Source: Octopus sinensis
Lineage: Eukaryota
Length of the DNA: 64,000 bases
Reading direction: 5' to 3'
Assembly (NCBI RefSeq): GCF_006345805.1
Contig: NC_043026.1
Coordinates: 11,222,001-11,286,000, forward strand
The position numbers and the translations under genes were made by a program. The stretch's first letter is position 1; every line of letters begins with the position of its first letter. The notes beneath the pieces are model-generated. The model saw nothing but the letters and a program-made list of their open reading frames with translations, was not told the DNA's origin and did not search any database. Shown here in pieces: positions 12,799-24,048 of this stretch.

Positions 12799-13827
12799 AT
12801 GATGGAAAATGAATTATGCGTGAAAGAGGGCATATTTAAACCAAAGTCTAATTTTATAGATTTTCCTGGTGATATAAAGGAAGAGAAAGAGGAAGAGAAA
12901 CCCTTATATCATTGTGATGTCTGTGAAAAGATGTTCTATAAAAAATGCCACCTAATGATACACAAACGTATTCATACAGGAGAGAAGCCATATTGCTGTG
13001 ATATCTGCGGTAAATCCTTCTCTGTTGGTAGTACCTTAACTAAACACAAACGCATTCATACAGGAGAGAAGCCTTACCAATGTGATGTCTGTGGTAAATC
13101 GTTCTCTGGAAGTAGTGACTTAACTATTCATATACGCATTCATACAGGAGAGAAACCATATGTCTGTGATATCTGTGACAAATCATTCTCCGTACGAGGT
13201 CATTTAACTGAACATAAGCGAATTCACTCAGGAGAGAAGCCATATCGGTGTGATATCTGTGGTAAATCATTCTCTCAAAGTTGTACCTTAACTAACCACA
13301 AAGGTATTCATACAGGTGAAAAACCCCACAGCTGTAGCATTTGTGGTAAATCATTCTCACTAAGACATCACTTAACTGAACACAAGAATATTCATTCAGG
13401 AGAGAAACCATATCATTGTGATATCTGTTATAAATCATTTTATCAGATTCGTACCTTAACTAATCACAAACGTCTTCATACAGATGGGAAAACATATCAC
13501 TGTGGTATCTGTGGTAAATCTTTCTTTCAAAATATTGAATTAATTACTCATAAACGTATTCATACTGGAGAGAAACCATATCAGTGTGATATCTGTGGTA
13601 AATCGTTCTCTCATAATCCTAACTTAACTATACACAAACGTGTTCATACAGGAGAGAGACCTTATCTCTGTGACATTTGTGGTAAATCATTCTCTCATAA
13701 CCATCACTTAATAAGGCACAAACGTATTCATACAGGCAAGAAGCCATATCACTGTGATATTTGTGGTAAATCATTCTCTGAAAACAGTCTCTTATCTATA
13801 CATTCATGTATTCTGAAAGAAAAGTAA
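12799..13827 (+). CDS. C2H2 zinc-finger protein ZNF-1 (342 aa; 10 intact fingers plus 1 degenerate terminal finger)
   Basis: Tandem CxxC-12-HxxxH fingers with TGEKPY linkers; the last finger ends HSCIL and lacks the second His; short N-terminal leader [10 protein letters not shown]...IDFP. Confidence 0.95.
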   Translation: MMENELCVKEGIFKPKSNFIDFPGDIKEEKEEEKPLYHCDVCEKMFYKKCHLMIHKRIHTGEKPYCCDICGKSFSVGSTLTKHKRIHTGEKPYQCDVCGKSFSGSSDLTIHIRIHTGEKPYVCDICDKSFSVRGHLTEHKRIHSGEKPYRCDICGKSFSQSCTLTNHKGIHTGEKPHSCSICGKSFSLRHHLTEHKNIHSGEKPYHCDICYKSFYQIRTLTNHKRLHTDGKTYHCGICGKSFFQNIELITHKRIHTGEKPYQCDICGKSFSHNPNLTIHKRVHTGERPYLCDICGKSFSHNHHLIRHKRIHTGKKPYHCDICGKSFSENSLLSIHSCILKEK

Positions 13828-14222
13828 TTGTACTTGTCTTAAAATTCAGTTTGTGGTAAATATATAACACAGCAAGCAGACTTTTGAGGAAACCGTTTCT
13901 CGTTTAGCCAGCCCACATATGCATACCTTTCCTTCTTGGGACACAAAACTCTGCTTGCGAAAACCTGTTGAAGCAAGTAAAATCGGAATCAAAATCGAAA
14001 TTGCTAAAAAATCAATGGAAATTGTAGGCTTATAAATAATTGGACCTTGGATTGATTTCAACTAAAAACCCTTTAAGGCATTGCTCCAGCATGGCTGCAG
14101 TCAAATGATTATGTGTGGTTGTGTTGGGATTTTTTTTTATTTTGAAGGATAGTTTTCAACCTGACCAGAATTTATTAAATGCATACTTTTCAATGAAATT
14201 TTTCCTCAGATACGATTTTAGC

Positions 14223-14600
14223 TGTGGGCACGTAACAAACACCATCCGATCGTGGCCATTCGCCAACCTCATCTGGCACCTGTGTCGGTGGCACATAAAG
14301 AACACCATCCGAGCGTGGCCGTCTGCCAGCCTTGTCTGGCACCTGTGTCGGTGGCACATAAAAAACACCATCCGAGCGTGGCCGTTCGCCAACCTCGTCT
14401 GGCACCTGTGCAGGTGGCACGTAAAAATCACCCACTACACTCTCGGAGTGGTTGGCGTTAGGAAGGGCATCCAGGTGTAGAAACACTGCCAGATCTGACT
14501 GGCCTGGTGCAGCCTTCGGGCTCCCCAGACCCCAGTTGAACCGTCCAACCCATGCTAGCATGGAAAGCAGACGTTAAATGATGATGATGATGATGATGAT
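14223..14600 (+). mobile_element. Family C retroposon (about 3 x 63-bp units), near-identical to 11645-12275
   Basis: Same 5' start TGTGGGCACGTAACAAACACC and the same private variants. Confidence 0.85.
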
Positions 14601-14714
14601 TATCTTGATGAAATTTGGAAAACATGTTTTAATGATAATCTATGACCTGAAAGACGTATATCTTGAATGTTTCACTAAAAAAAAAGAGACATTTAGTAAA
14701 ATCCAGTGGAGGCG

Positions 14715-15012
14715 GGTGGTGGAAGTGCTGGTGGCACGTAAAAGAACCATCCGAACGTGGGCGTTGCCAGCGCCGCTCTGACTGGTCTCCGTGCTGGTGG
14801 CACGTAAAAAGCACCAACCGATCGTGGCCGTTTGCCAGCCTTGCCTGGCACGTAAAAAGCACCCACTACACTCACGGAGTGGTTGGCGTTAGGAAGGGCA
14901 TCCAGCTGTAGAAACACTGCCAGATCAGACTGAAGCCTGGTGCAGCCTCCTGGTTTCCCAGACCCCGGTCGAACCGTCCAACCCATGCTAGCATGGAAAA
15001 CGGACGTTAAAC
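14715..15012 (+). mobile_element. Family C retroposon (older variant)
   Basis: Two to three diverged units plus body. Confidence 0.75.
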
Positions 15013-15066
15013 GGTACACTACTTTCTTTTTTTGGTAGATGGAAATTGAAAGAAGCCCATCCTTTA

Positions 15067-15254
15067 CTCATTTCAGTCATTTGACTGCAGCCATGCTGGA
15101 GCACCACCTTTAGTAGATCAAATCGACCCCAGGACTTATTCTTTGTAAGCCTAGTACTTATTCTGTCGGTTTCTTTTACTGAAGTGCTAAGTTACGGGGA
15201 CATAAACACATCAGCATCGGTTGTCAAGCAATGCTAGGGAGACAAACACAGACA

Positions 15255-15299
<45 letters not shown>

Positions 15300-15447
15300 T
15301 CGATGGCCTTCTTTCAGTTTCTGTCTATCAAATCCACTCACATGGCTTTGGCCAGCCTGAGGCTATAGTAGAAGACACTTGCCAAAGGTGCTAAGCAGTG
15401 AGACTGAACCTGGATATATGTGGTTGGTAAGCAAGCTACTTACCACC
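15067..15447 (-). mobile_element. SINE-B (tRNA-like head, internal (CA/TA)n)
   Basis: Diverged copy of the family with head GGCGCAGGAGTGGCTGTGTGGTAAG and tail GACTGAAACAAGTAAAAGAG. Confidence 0.8.
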
Positions 15448-15593
15448 TCCAATCATTTATTTGTATGTATATATCTTTGTTTTTATAATAAAAAAAGCCA
15501 TTACTTTTATACCTTGTGTGCATTTTCTTAGTTTCTTTCTACTTTCCCGCTATTTATACCACATGTAGTCTTTTTTACTCTGAAACCTGTTTC

Positions 15594-16278
<685 letters not shown>

Positions 16279-16559
16279 CAAGATAAGAAAATGGAGAAAT
16301 GCATCTAAATCAAATACCAGTTACCAGATAATACTCAATCACATACTTTATTAAACCACCACATATGAGACTGTAGGGTTAAACATAAAAAAACAGAACA
16401 AATCAGTGTACATAAAGGAATGTACATAAAAAAGTGTACGTAAAAGAGTATATGTTTAACCCTACAGTCTCTTATGTGGTGGTTTAATAAAGTATGTGAT
16501 TGAGTATTATCTGGTAATTGATATTCGATTTAGATGTATTTCTCCATTTTCTTGTCTTG
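16279..16559. mobile_element. Fold-back MITE (about 110-bp arms, TA flanks)
   Basis: Arm CAAGATAAGAAAATGGAG...GGGTTAAACATA and its reverse complement around a roughly 65-nt loop. Confidence 0.8.
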
Positions 16560-16889
16560 TATTAGTAATTTGTGGTAAATCATTTTACCTTTGCCCATCT
16601 AATACAGTAAATGAATTGATTGCATCGCAATCCTTAACATTTATGTATTAACTTTGTTGGGTACTTCACTAGCAGTATATTGGATATATGTTATCCCATG
16701 CAGGGTTGCATTTACAACCCCTATCTCAATTTGTATATATATATAGATATATATATATATATATATAAAAATAGTAATGCATTTTTGCTAGTACATACGC
16801 GGTGAAGCTATACATTAGTGTCGTATTATTACGTTCGCTATTTTCCAGTAAATATCGGTACTTCGTTGTGCCATATATTTGCTTCTATG

Positions 16890-16922
<33 letters not shown>

Positions 16923-17192
16923 GCACATATAGTCAGTTATCATATATCTGAATAAGATGTACACTCTAAAGGATAGAGCTGTAAAGCATTAAATCAGTGA
17001 AGTCTGGTCATAGAGTGACCAGTGGTTTTGCATCCATGAAAGCTGTAGCCTTGTGGACAGCTCACCTGACTTTATACGAAGACAGATTTAACTCTTCACC
17101 TCACAGAGAACCACTACGGTCAAACGGCTGTCAAGAGATAGTTCAATTTGAAGACTCCACTAGAGTGGGCAAAAGCGCTAATATATGATATA

Positions 17193-17534
17193 TCTATATA
17201 TATAAAACTGTAGTTGTGTGAGTGTCTGTCCCCTTCGATTTAGATTCCTAACTACTCCCACATTTTGCGGTGCAGTTTAACCAAATTCGGGTATCTTATA
17301 GTCGTGATTCATATCGAGCCCGTCTGAGTATTAGCGCGCGTCAACGATGAGTCTACGATTTTAAAAATAATTTAACATCATTTTTTATTCCATTTTAATG
17401 CATAATTTTTCGTGTGTCGATGGCGGCGGAGTTGGCGTCCACGCTCAAACACCTGCACCTGTTTGCTTCTCCCCAAAAATGCTTATATAGTTATTTCCCT
17501 TACAAACCCGAGCAACGCCGGGCGATACTGCTAG
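17193..17534 (+). mobile_element. Non-autonomous Helitron (internally deleted)
   Basis: Same termini as 10391-10903, missing the central part. Confidence 0.85.
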
Positions 17535-17697
17535 TGATTTATAAAAACATGTGACATACTAATAAATATCTGTAAATATAAAACCATCCAGATTTCTGAG
17601 TACCTCATTTCTTCTAATATATAATACCTGTACATCATCGCCAAACCTTCTAATATATATATATATATACACACACACATATATATATATTTATATC

Positions 17698-18660
17698 ATG
17701 CATGCCAGGAAGACGGTGCTATTCAACAAAGATTCGATGTGGATCAAGCAATCTGACCCTGAGGGCTCTTTCGATGTGGCTATGGGAGCCTACAACAACA
17801 CCGACGTCTATGATTTTATTGGACTATACATCCTGGACACCTTAGGGAAGAAGTTCCCTTCGATCCTCTTCAGTCTCTACAGAGATGATGCCCTAGATAT
17901 TTCTATAGGAGCTAACAGGTTAAGTTAAGTTAATTTTTTGGCTCAAAAAGCAAAAAGTAAGGCCATGGAGTTATGTACAGAGGTGTTCATGCAAAGAGTT
18001 CAGGCCATTTCTGGTCAACACTAGGTACACACTAAATAGACTCAGAAAGGACCTGATTAGTGCCCTTGGCTCCATGGGATTCAAGATCACCATTGAGTCT
18101 AATCTCACTGCCATAGACATGGACTCAGGTACACACAGGCCCTATCACAAGCCGGACAAGAGGCTGTCCTATATTAACACAGCCTCCTGCCACCCCCACC
18201 CCCGTATCGTGTTTAAGAACCTAGTGAAAGGTGTCAGCAAGAGGATCTCAAATCTATCTGACCAAGATATCTTTGACACTGATGCCCTCTACAACACTGG
18301 TGTCTAGTGGGTTTAAGGACTGCATTTCCTACATGCCAGGCCCTAGCACCCAGAAGAGGAAGTGCTGCTGAAACGTTTGGTTTGTCCCACCCTTCTCACT
18401 CCACGTTAAAACTTGTGTAGGAAGAATATTCTTCAGCTTAATAGACAAGTGCTTCAAACAGACACATAGATATAGACATTTATTCAACAGACACAGCCTA
18501 AGGGTCTCCTGTGGTTGTGCACCCAACATAAAAAGTATTTTAACTAACACTCACATAACACAGAAGGAGGCAGGTTGCTCTTGCAGGGTGTACAATGACT
18601 CCCTGATAGGAGGCTGACGTGAGGCCGAAGGAGTCATCTATGAGACTCCGGTGACACTTA
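17698..18660 (+). mobile_element. Degenerate Penelope-like element fragment (RT, thumb, start of GIY-YIG region)
   Basis: FDVAMGAY...GLYIL...LYRDDAL; KITIESNL...YHKPD...YINTASCHP; WFVPPFSLHVKT...FNRHSLRVS...PNIK; CSCR...GVIYE, with stops and frameshifts. Confidence 0.8.
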
Positions 18661-18853
18661 GACCTGGCAACCACAGTAGCAACAATGTACCATTCAACAA
18701 AGGTGGCGACAGTGGCAGAAATACCAGCTCTGACTCCAACAACCTCAGTACCAACACCACAGCCGGAAGGGATGACCAGTCTGGTACCAATGACACTGAG
18801 GAGGTAACTGGTGACCCCATTCTATCTGTCTATTTCCATATGTGCATCAGTCT

Positions 18854-18901
<48 letters not shown>

Positions 18902-18907
<6 letters not shown>

Positions 18908-19235
18908 TCAAACATATAGGACATCCGACTCACTAGAAAGAGCAGCTAAATTCCAAACCACTAATAGTTGTAATTCTGAAATGGAAAGAGAAATGAAAAC
19001 GTTTACCCTCTCCTTTCTGGACTATGCAATCTTTTGTAAATAAAATAAATTTATTTACGACTGGCGTTGCAAAAGATTGCTGAAACTATGCATAGTCCAG
19101 AAAGGAGAGGGTAAACGTTTTTATTTCTCTTAACATTTCAGAATTACAACTATTAGTGGTTTGGAGTTTAGCTGCTCTTTCTAGTGAGTCGGATGTCCTA
19201 TTATGGCCATCCCTTATATGTTTGAATGTATATTA
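18902..19235. mobile_element. Fold-back element (about 135-bp arms); a terminal piece recurs at about 27595-27660
   Basis: GGACATCCGACTCACTAGAAAGAGCAGC...CAATCTTTTG is inverted at 19075-19235. Confidence 0.75.
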
Positions 19236-20296
19236 CATAGTCTATTGACTATTTTTTCTTTCTCACTTGACCACTGGTAGCGGAGAATTTTTCTAGAATT
19301 TTTTGCTACCCTAAAATTTATAAAACACTGCCAGATCTGACTGGCCTGGTGCAGCCTTCGGGCTCCCCAGACCCCAGTCGAACCGTCCAACCCATGCTAG
19401 CATGGAAAGCGGACGTTAAATGATGATGATGATGATGATGATATATATATCTGTTTGTCTATCTGAGCATTTATCTGTATCCATCTATCAGCTTGTGTGT
19501 CTATTGATCTACCAATCAATACATCCCTTTTTTTACCTCAATCTTCCTCACTCAGTACACCAGAAACTTAAGACTCACAGCCACTATCTGTCCATCTCTT
19601 ATATTTCCATTCCATGATTTCAGGAAATAGCTGAATGATCACTTTCTTAGAACCATTTAGAAGAAACTCTTCTTAATGTTTGAACTATTTGTTATGTATG
19701 AGGAACATCTAATTCCTCAAAGACAAGCTGCAATGCATTCACACCATATTATGAGATGTACACTACTATATAAGAGACAAGAGCAATGATCTTGGTAAGT
19801 GGATGAGATGCCATGAATTTTGTCAGAGACTTTTGGAAGAATAAAACAGAACATGTAGCACAACATAGAGCTGCAAGAGAACAATTATCTGTATCCATCT
19901 ATCTGCTTGTGTGTCTATTGATCTACCAATCAATCCAACCCTTTTTTTACCTCAATTTTTCTCACTGGGTACACTAGAAACTTAAGACTCATGGAAATAT
20001 AAGAGATGGACAGATAGTGGCTGTGAGTCTTAAGTTTCTGGTGTACTGCATGAGAAAGATTGAGGTAAAAAAATGGGATGGATTGATTGGTAGATCAATA
20101 GACACACAAGCAGATTGATGGATACAGATAAATGCTCAGATAGACAAACAGATCATCATCATCATCATCATTTAGTGTCCGTTTTCCATGCTAGCATGGG
20201 TTGGACGGTTCAACTGGGGTCTGGGAAGCCAGAAGGCTGCATCAGGCCCAGTCTGATTTGGCAGTGTTTCTACGGCTGGATGCCCTTCCTAACGCC

Positions 20297-20297
<1 letters not shown>

Positions 20298-20380
<83 letters not shown>

Positions 20381-20383
20381 TGT

Positions 20384-20421
<38 letters not shown>

Positions 20422-20466
20422 CATGTTACCATGTATATGTATATATATTATATATGTATATATATG

Positions 20467-20497
<31 letters not shown>

Positions 20498-20561
20498 GTA
20501 TATTATATATATGTATATTATATATATATATGTATATATATATATGTATAATATATATATG

Positions 20562-20610
<49 letters not shown>

Positions 20611-20669
20611 ATATATATATGTATATATGTATATATATATGTATATATATGTGTATATATATGTGTATA

Positions 20670-20701
<32 letters not shown>

Positions 20702-20748
20702 ATGTATATATATACATGTTACCATGTATATGTATATATATATATACA
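20298..20748. repeat. Compound (TA)n/(TG)n microsatellite
   Basis: Directly visible. Confidence 0.98.
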
Positions 20749-21153
20749 TGGGCATGGTGTAGGCGCAGGCATGGCTGTGTGGTTAGGGAGCTTGCTTCCT
20801 AGCTACATGGTTTCGGGTTCAGTCCCACTGTGTGGCACTTTGGGTAGGTGTCTTCCACTATAGCCCCGAGCCGACCGGAGCTTTGTGATTGAATTCGGTA
20901 GGCGGGAGTTACTGCCGCGTGTGTATGTGTGCGTGTAGCTGCTCAGTGCCTCTCCGAAAGAGAGAGAGGGTTACCATGTTCAAATACAACAGGCTGCAAA
21001 ATATTACTCATTCTGAGCTTAAAACAAGACTTGCACTATTGGAGATTTATTTTTATTCACATGTATCATTAGTAAGGTTGTTACAGACAGTGTTAGATCT
21101 TTGCTGTGGGAATACATCTATTGCTACTGAAACACTTATAATATTAATACATA

Positions 21154-22230
21154 TTTCTTTATTACCCACAAGGGGCTAAACACAGAGGGAACAAACAAGG
21201 ACCGACATAGGTATTAAGTCGATTACATCGACCCCAGTGCGTAACTGGTACTTAATTTATCGACCCTGAAAGGATGAAAGGCAAAGTCGACCTCGGTGGA
21301 ATTTGAACTCAGAACGTAGCTACAGGCGAAATGCTTATTTCTTTATTACCCACAAGGGGCTAAACATAGAGGGAACAAACAAGGACCGACATAGGTATTA
21401 AGTCGATTACATCGACCCCAGTGCGTAACTGGTACTTAATTTATCGACCCTGAAAGGATGAAAGGCAAAGTCGACCTCGGTGGAATTTGAACTCAGAACG
21501 TAGCGACAGGCGAAATGCTTATTTCTTTATTACCCACAAGGGGCTAAACATAGAGGGAACAAACAAGGACCGACATAGGTATTAAGTCGATTACATCGAC
21601 CCCAGTGCGTAACTGGTACTTAATTTATCGACCCTGAAAGGATGAAAGGCAAAGTCGACCTCGGTGGAATTTGAACTCAGAACGTAGCGACAGGCGAAAT
21701 GCTTATTTCTTTATTACCCACAAGGGGCTAAACATAGAGGGGACAAACAAGGACCGACATAGGTATTAAGCCAATTACATCGACCCCAGTGCGTAACTGG
21801 TACTTAATTTATCGACCCCGAAAGGATGAAAGGCAAAGTCAACCTCGGCGGAATTTGAACTCAGAACGTAGCGACAGGCGAAATGCCTATTTCTTTATTA
21901 CCCACAAGGGGCTAAACATAGAGGGGACAGACATAGGTATTAAGTTGTAACGGCAGACGAAATACCGCTAAGCATCTCGCCCGGCTTGCTAACGATTCTT
22001 ATTTCTTTATTGCCAACAAGGGGCTGAACATAGAGGGGACAAACAAGGACCGACATGGGTATTAAGTCGATTACATCGACCCTAGTGCGTAACTGGTACT
22101 TAATTTATCAACCCCGAAAGGATGAAAGGCAAAGTCGACCTCGGCGGAATTTGAACTCAGAACGTAACAACAGACAAAATACGGCTACGTATTTCGCCCG
22201 GCATGCTAACGATTCTGCCAGCTCACCGCC
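21154..22230 (-). mobile_element. SINE-A head-to-tail array (six units)
   Basis: Period about 184 bp; tails at about 21154, 21335, 21519, 21704, 21890 and 22000. Confidence 0.85.
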
Positions 22231-22244
22231 TATAATATTAATAC

Positions 22245-22395
22245 AGTTGGTCTTCTCTGTGAATACATACATGTGTAGCAAACTGTCTTTTTGGAGAGGA
22301 CGAATGGAATAAATCACAATATGGCTTCTCTTCTGCTCCAATGCATTTGTGTGTAGTTCTTTTCATTTCAGTAGAATGATTTATCAAAATGATAA
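22245..22395 (-). pseudogene. Heavily decayed ZNF remnant beyond the CR1 insertion
   Basis: Translates as DKSF...THKCIGAEEKPYCD...HVCIH, a degenerate [13 protein letters not shown] pattern. Confidence 0.55.
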
Positions 22396-22410
22396 TGATA
22401 ATGAAATTAT

Positions 22411-23195
22411 TGTATACAGTGCTCAGGTGCACCACAACTTGTCAGAAAGTGCATATAAAGTACATGCAGCAATGTAGAAATGTCTGGGAAGCGAATAATG
22501 TATGAGTCAGATACATGCTTGCGTGTGTATGGAGGGGAGAAAATCAAGTGTAGTGTTGGCGAATCTCAGGAAGCATGGTAGTTTTGAAGGATGCAGTGCT
22601 CCGACAACTAACAACCGATGCCGGCAGTTTGTTCCATGCTTCAGCAACTCTCAGCGTGAAAAGATGTTTCCTGAAGTCATGGGAGCTGTGCTGTTTTCTT
22701 ACTTTGTAAATATGTCCACGGGTGTTAGATGGGTGGAGTTTGAAGAGGTGCTCAGAGTTATTGTTAATAAGATGGTTAATAATTTCATGGGTGTCTGCAT
22801 ATGCAGTAATGTATGAATGTCTGGGAAGTGAACAGTGTATGAGTCAGATACATGCTTGTGTGTGTATGGAGGGGAGAAAATCAAGTGTAGTGTTGGCGAA
22901 TCTCAGGAAGCATGGAAGTTTTGAAGGATGCAGTGCTCCGACAACTAACAACTGATGCCTGCAGTTTGTTCCATGCTTCAGCAACTCTCAGCGTGAAAAA
23001 ATGTTTCCTGAAGTCATGGGAGCTGTACTGTTTTCTGACTTTGTAAATGTGTCCACGGGTGGAGTTTGAAGAGGTGCTCAGAGTTATTGTTTGTAAGATG
23101 GTTGATAATTTTATGGGTGTCTGCCAAGTCAGCTGCCAGACATCGGAGTTTCAATGTGTCCATGCCCAGGGAAGTAAGGCGTTCAGGATATATCA
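22411..23195 (-). mobile_element. CR1-clade LINE 3' end, dimeric
   Basis: YPERLTSLGMDTLKLR..ADL...TRGH..K..RK.FFTLRV.EAWNKLP..VV, the CR1 ORF2 C-terminus; (ATT)n tail. Confidence 0.85.
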
Positions 23196-24048
23196 GTGAT
23201 ATGGATTTTTTGTTATATGAATATGATTGTTTTTAGTTTAATTAGTCATTTGAGTGAGTGATTTACCATAGTTATCACAACGATATGGTTTCTCACCTGT
23301 TTGAATGCATATGTGCTTAGTTCAGGTACCTCCATCAGGGAATGACTTACCACAGACAACACAATGAAAAGGCTTCTCTCCAGTATGAAAACGTTTCTGT
23401 TTAGTTTAGTTCCTTCCTTCAGAGAATGACTGATCGCAGATAACACGCTGATATGCTCTCTCTCTCCTGTATGAATGCATTTGTGTACAGTTAAGTGGTG
23501 ACTTTGAGAGAATGCTTTACCTCTGATATCACAGTGATAGGGTTTCTACTCTGTACAAGTACATTTGTGTTTCATTAAGACCTCATTTGCAGTGAATGAT
23601 TTATCACAGATATCACAATGATATGGCTTCTCCGTTGTATGAATGCATTTGTGTGCACCTAAGTGATCATTTCGAGAGAACGATTTGCCACAGAAATCAC
23701 ATTCATAAGGTTTCTCTCCTGTATGAATACGTTTGTGTTTAGTTAAGGAACTTCTTACAGAAAATGAATAACCACAGATAACACACTTGATATACTTCAC
23801 TCTCTGGATGAATATGCTTGTGTTTCATGAAGATATGATATTCAGAGAATGATTTGTCACAGATATCACAGAGATATGATATCTTTCTTGTATGAATGTA
23901 TTTGTGTTTGTTTAAGTACTCCTTTCGAGAGAATAATTTACTACAGATATCACACTGATATGGTTTCTCATTAGTACGAATGCACGTGTGTGTAGTCAAA
24001 TCATCATTATGAGAGAATGGTTTATCACAGGTATTACAGTGATATATT
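23185..24048 (-). pseudogene. Decayed continuation of the ZNF-2 finger array (about 10 fingers with frameshifts and stops)
   Basis: Out-of-frame fingers follow the stop: [75 protein letters not shown], then fingers with in-frame TAG/TAA/TGA. Confidence 0.9.
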
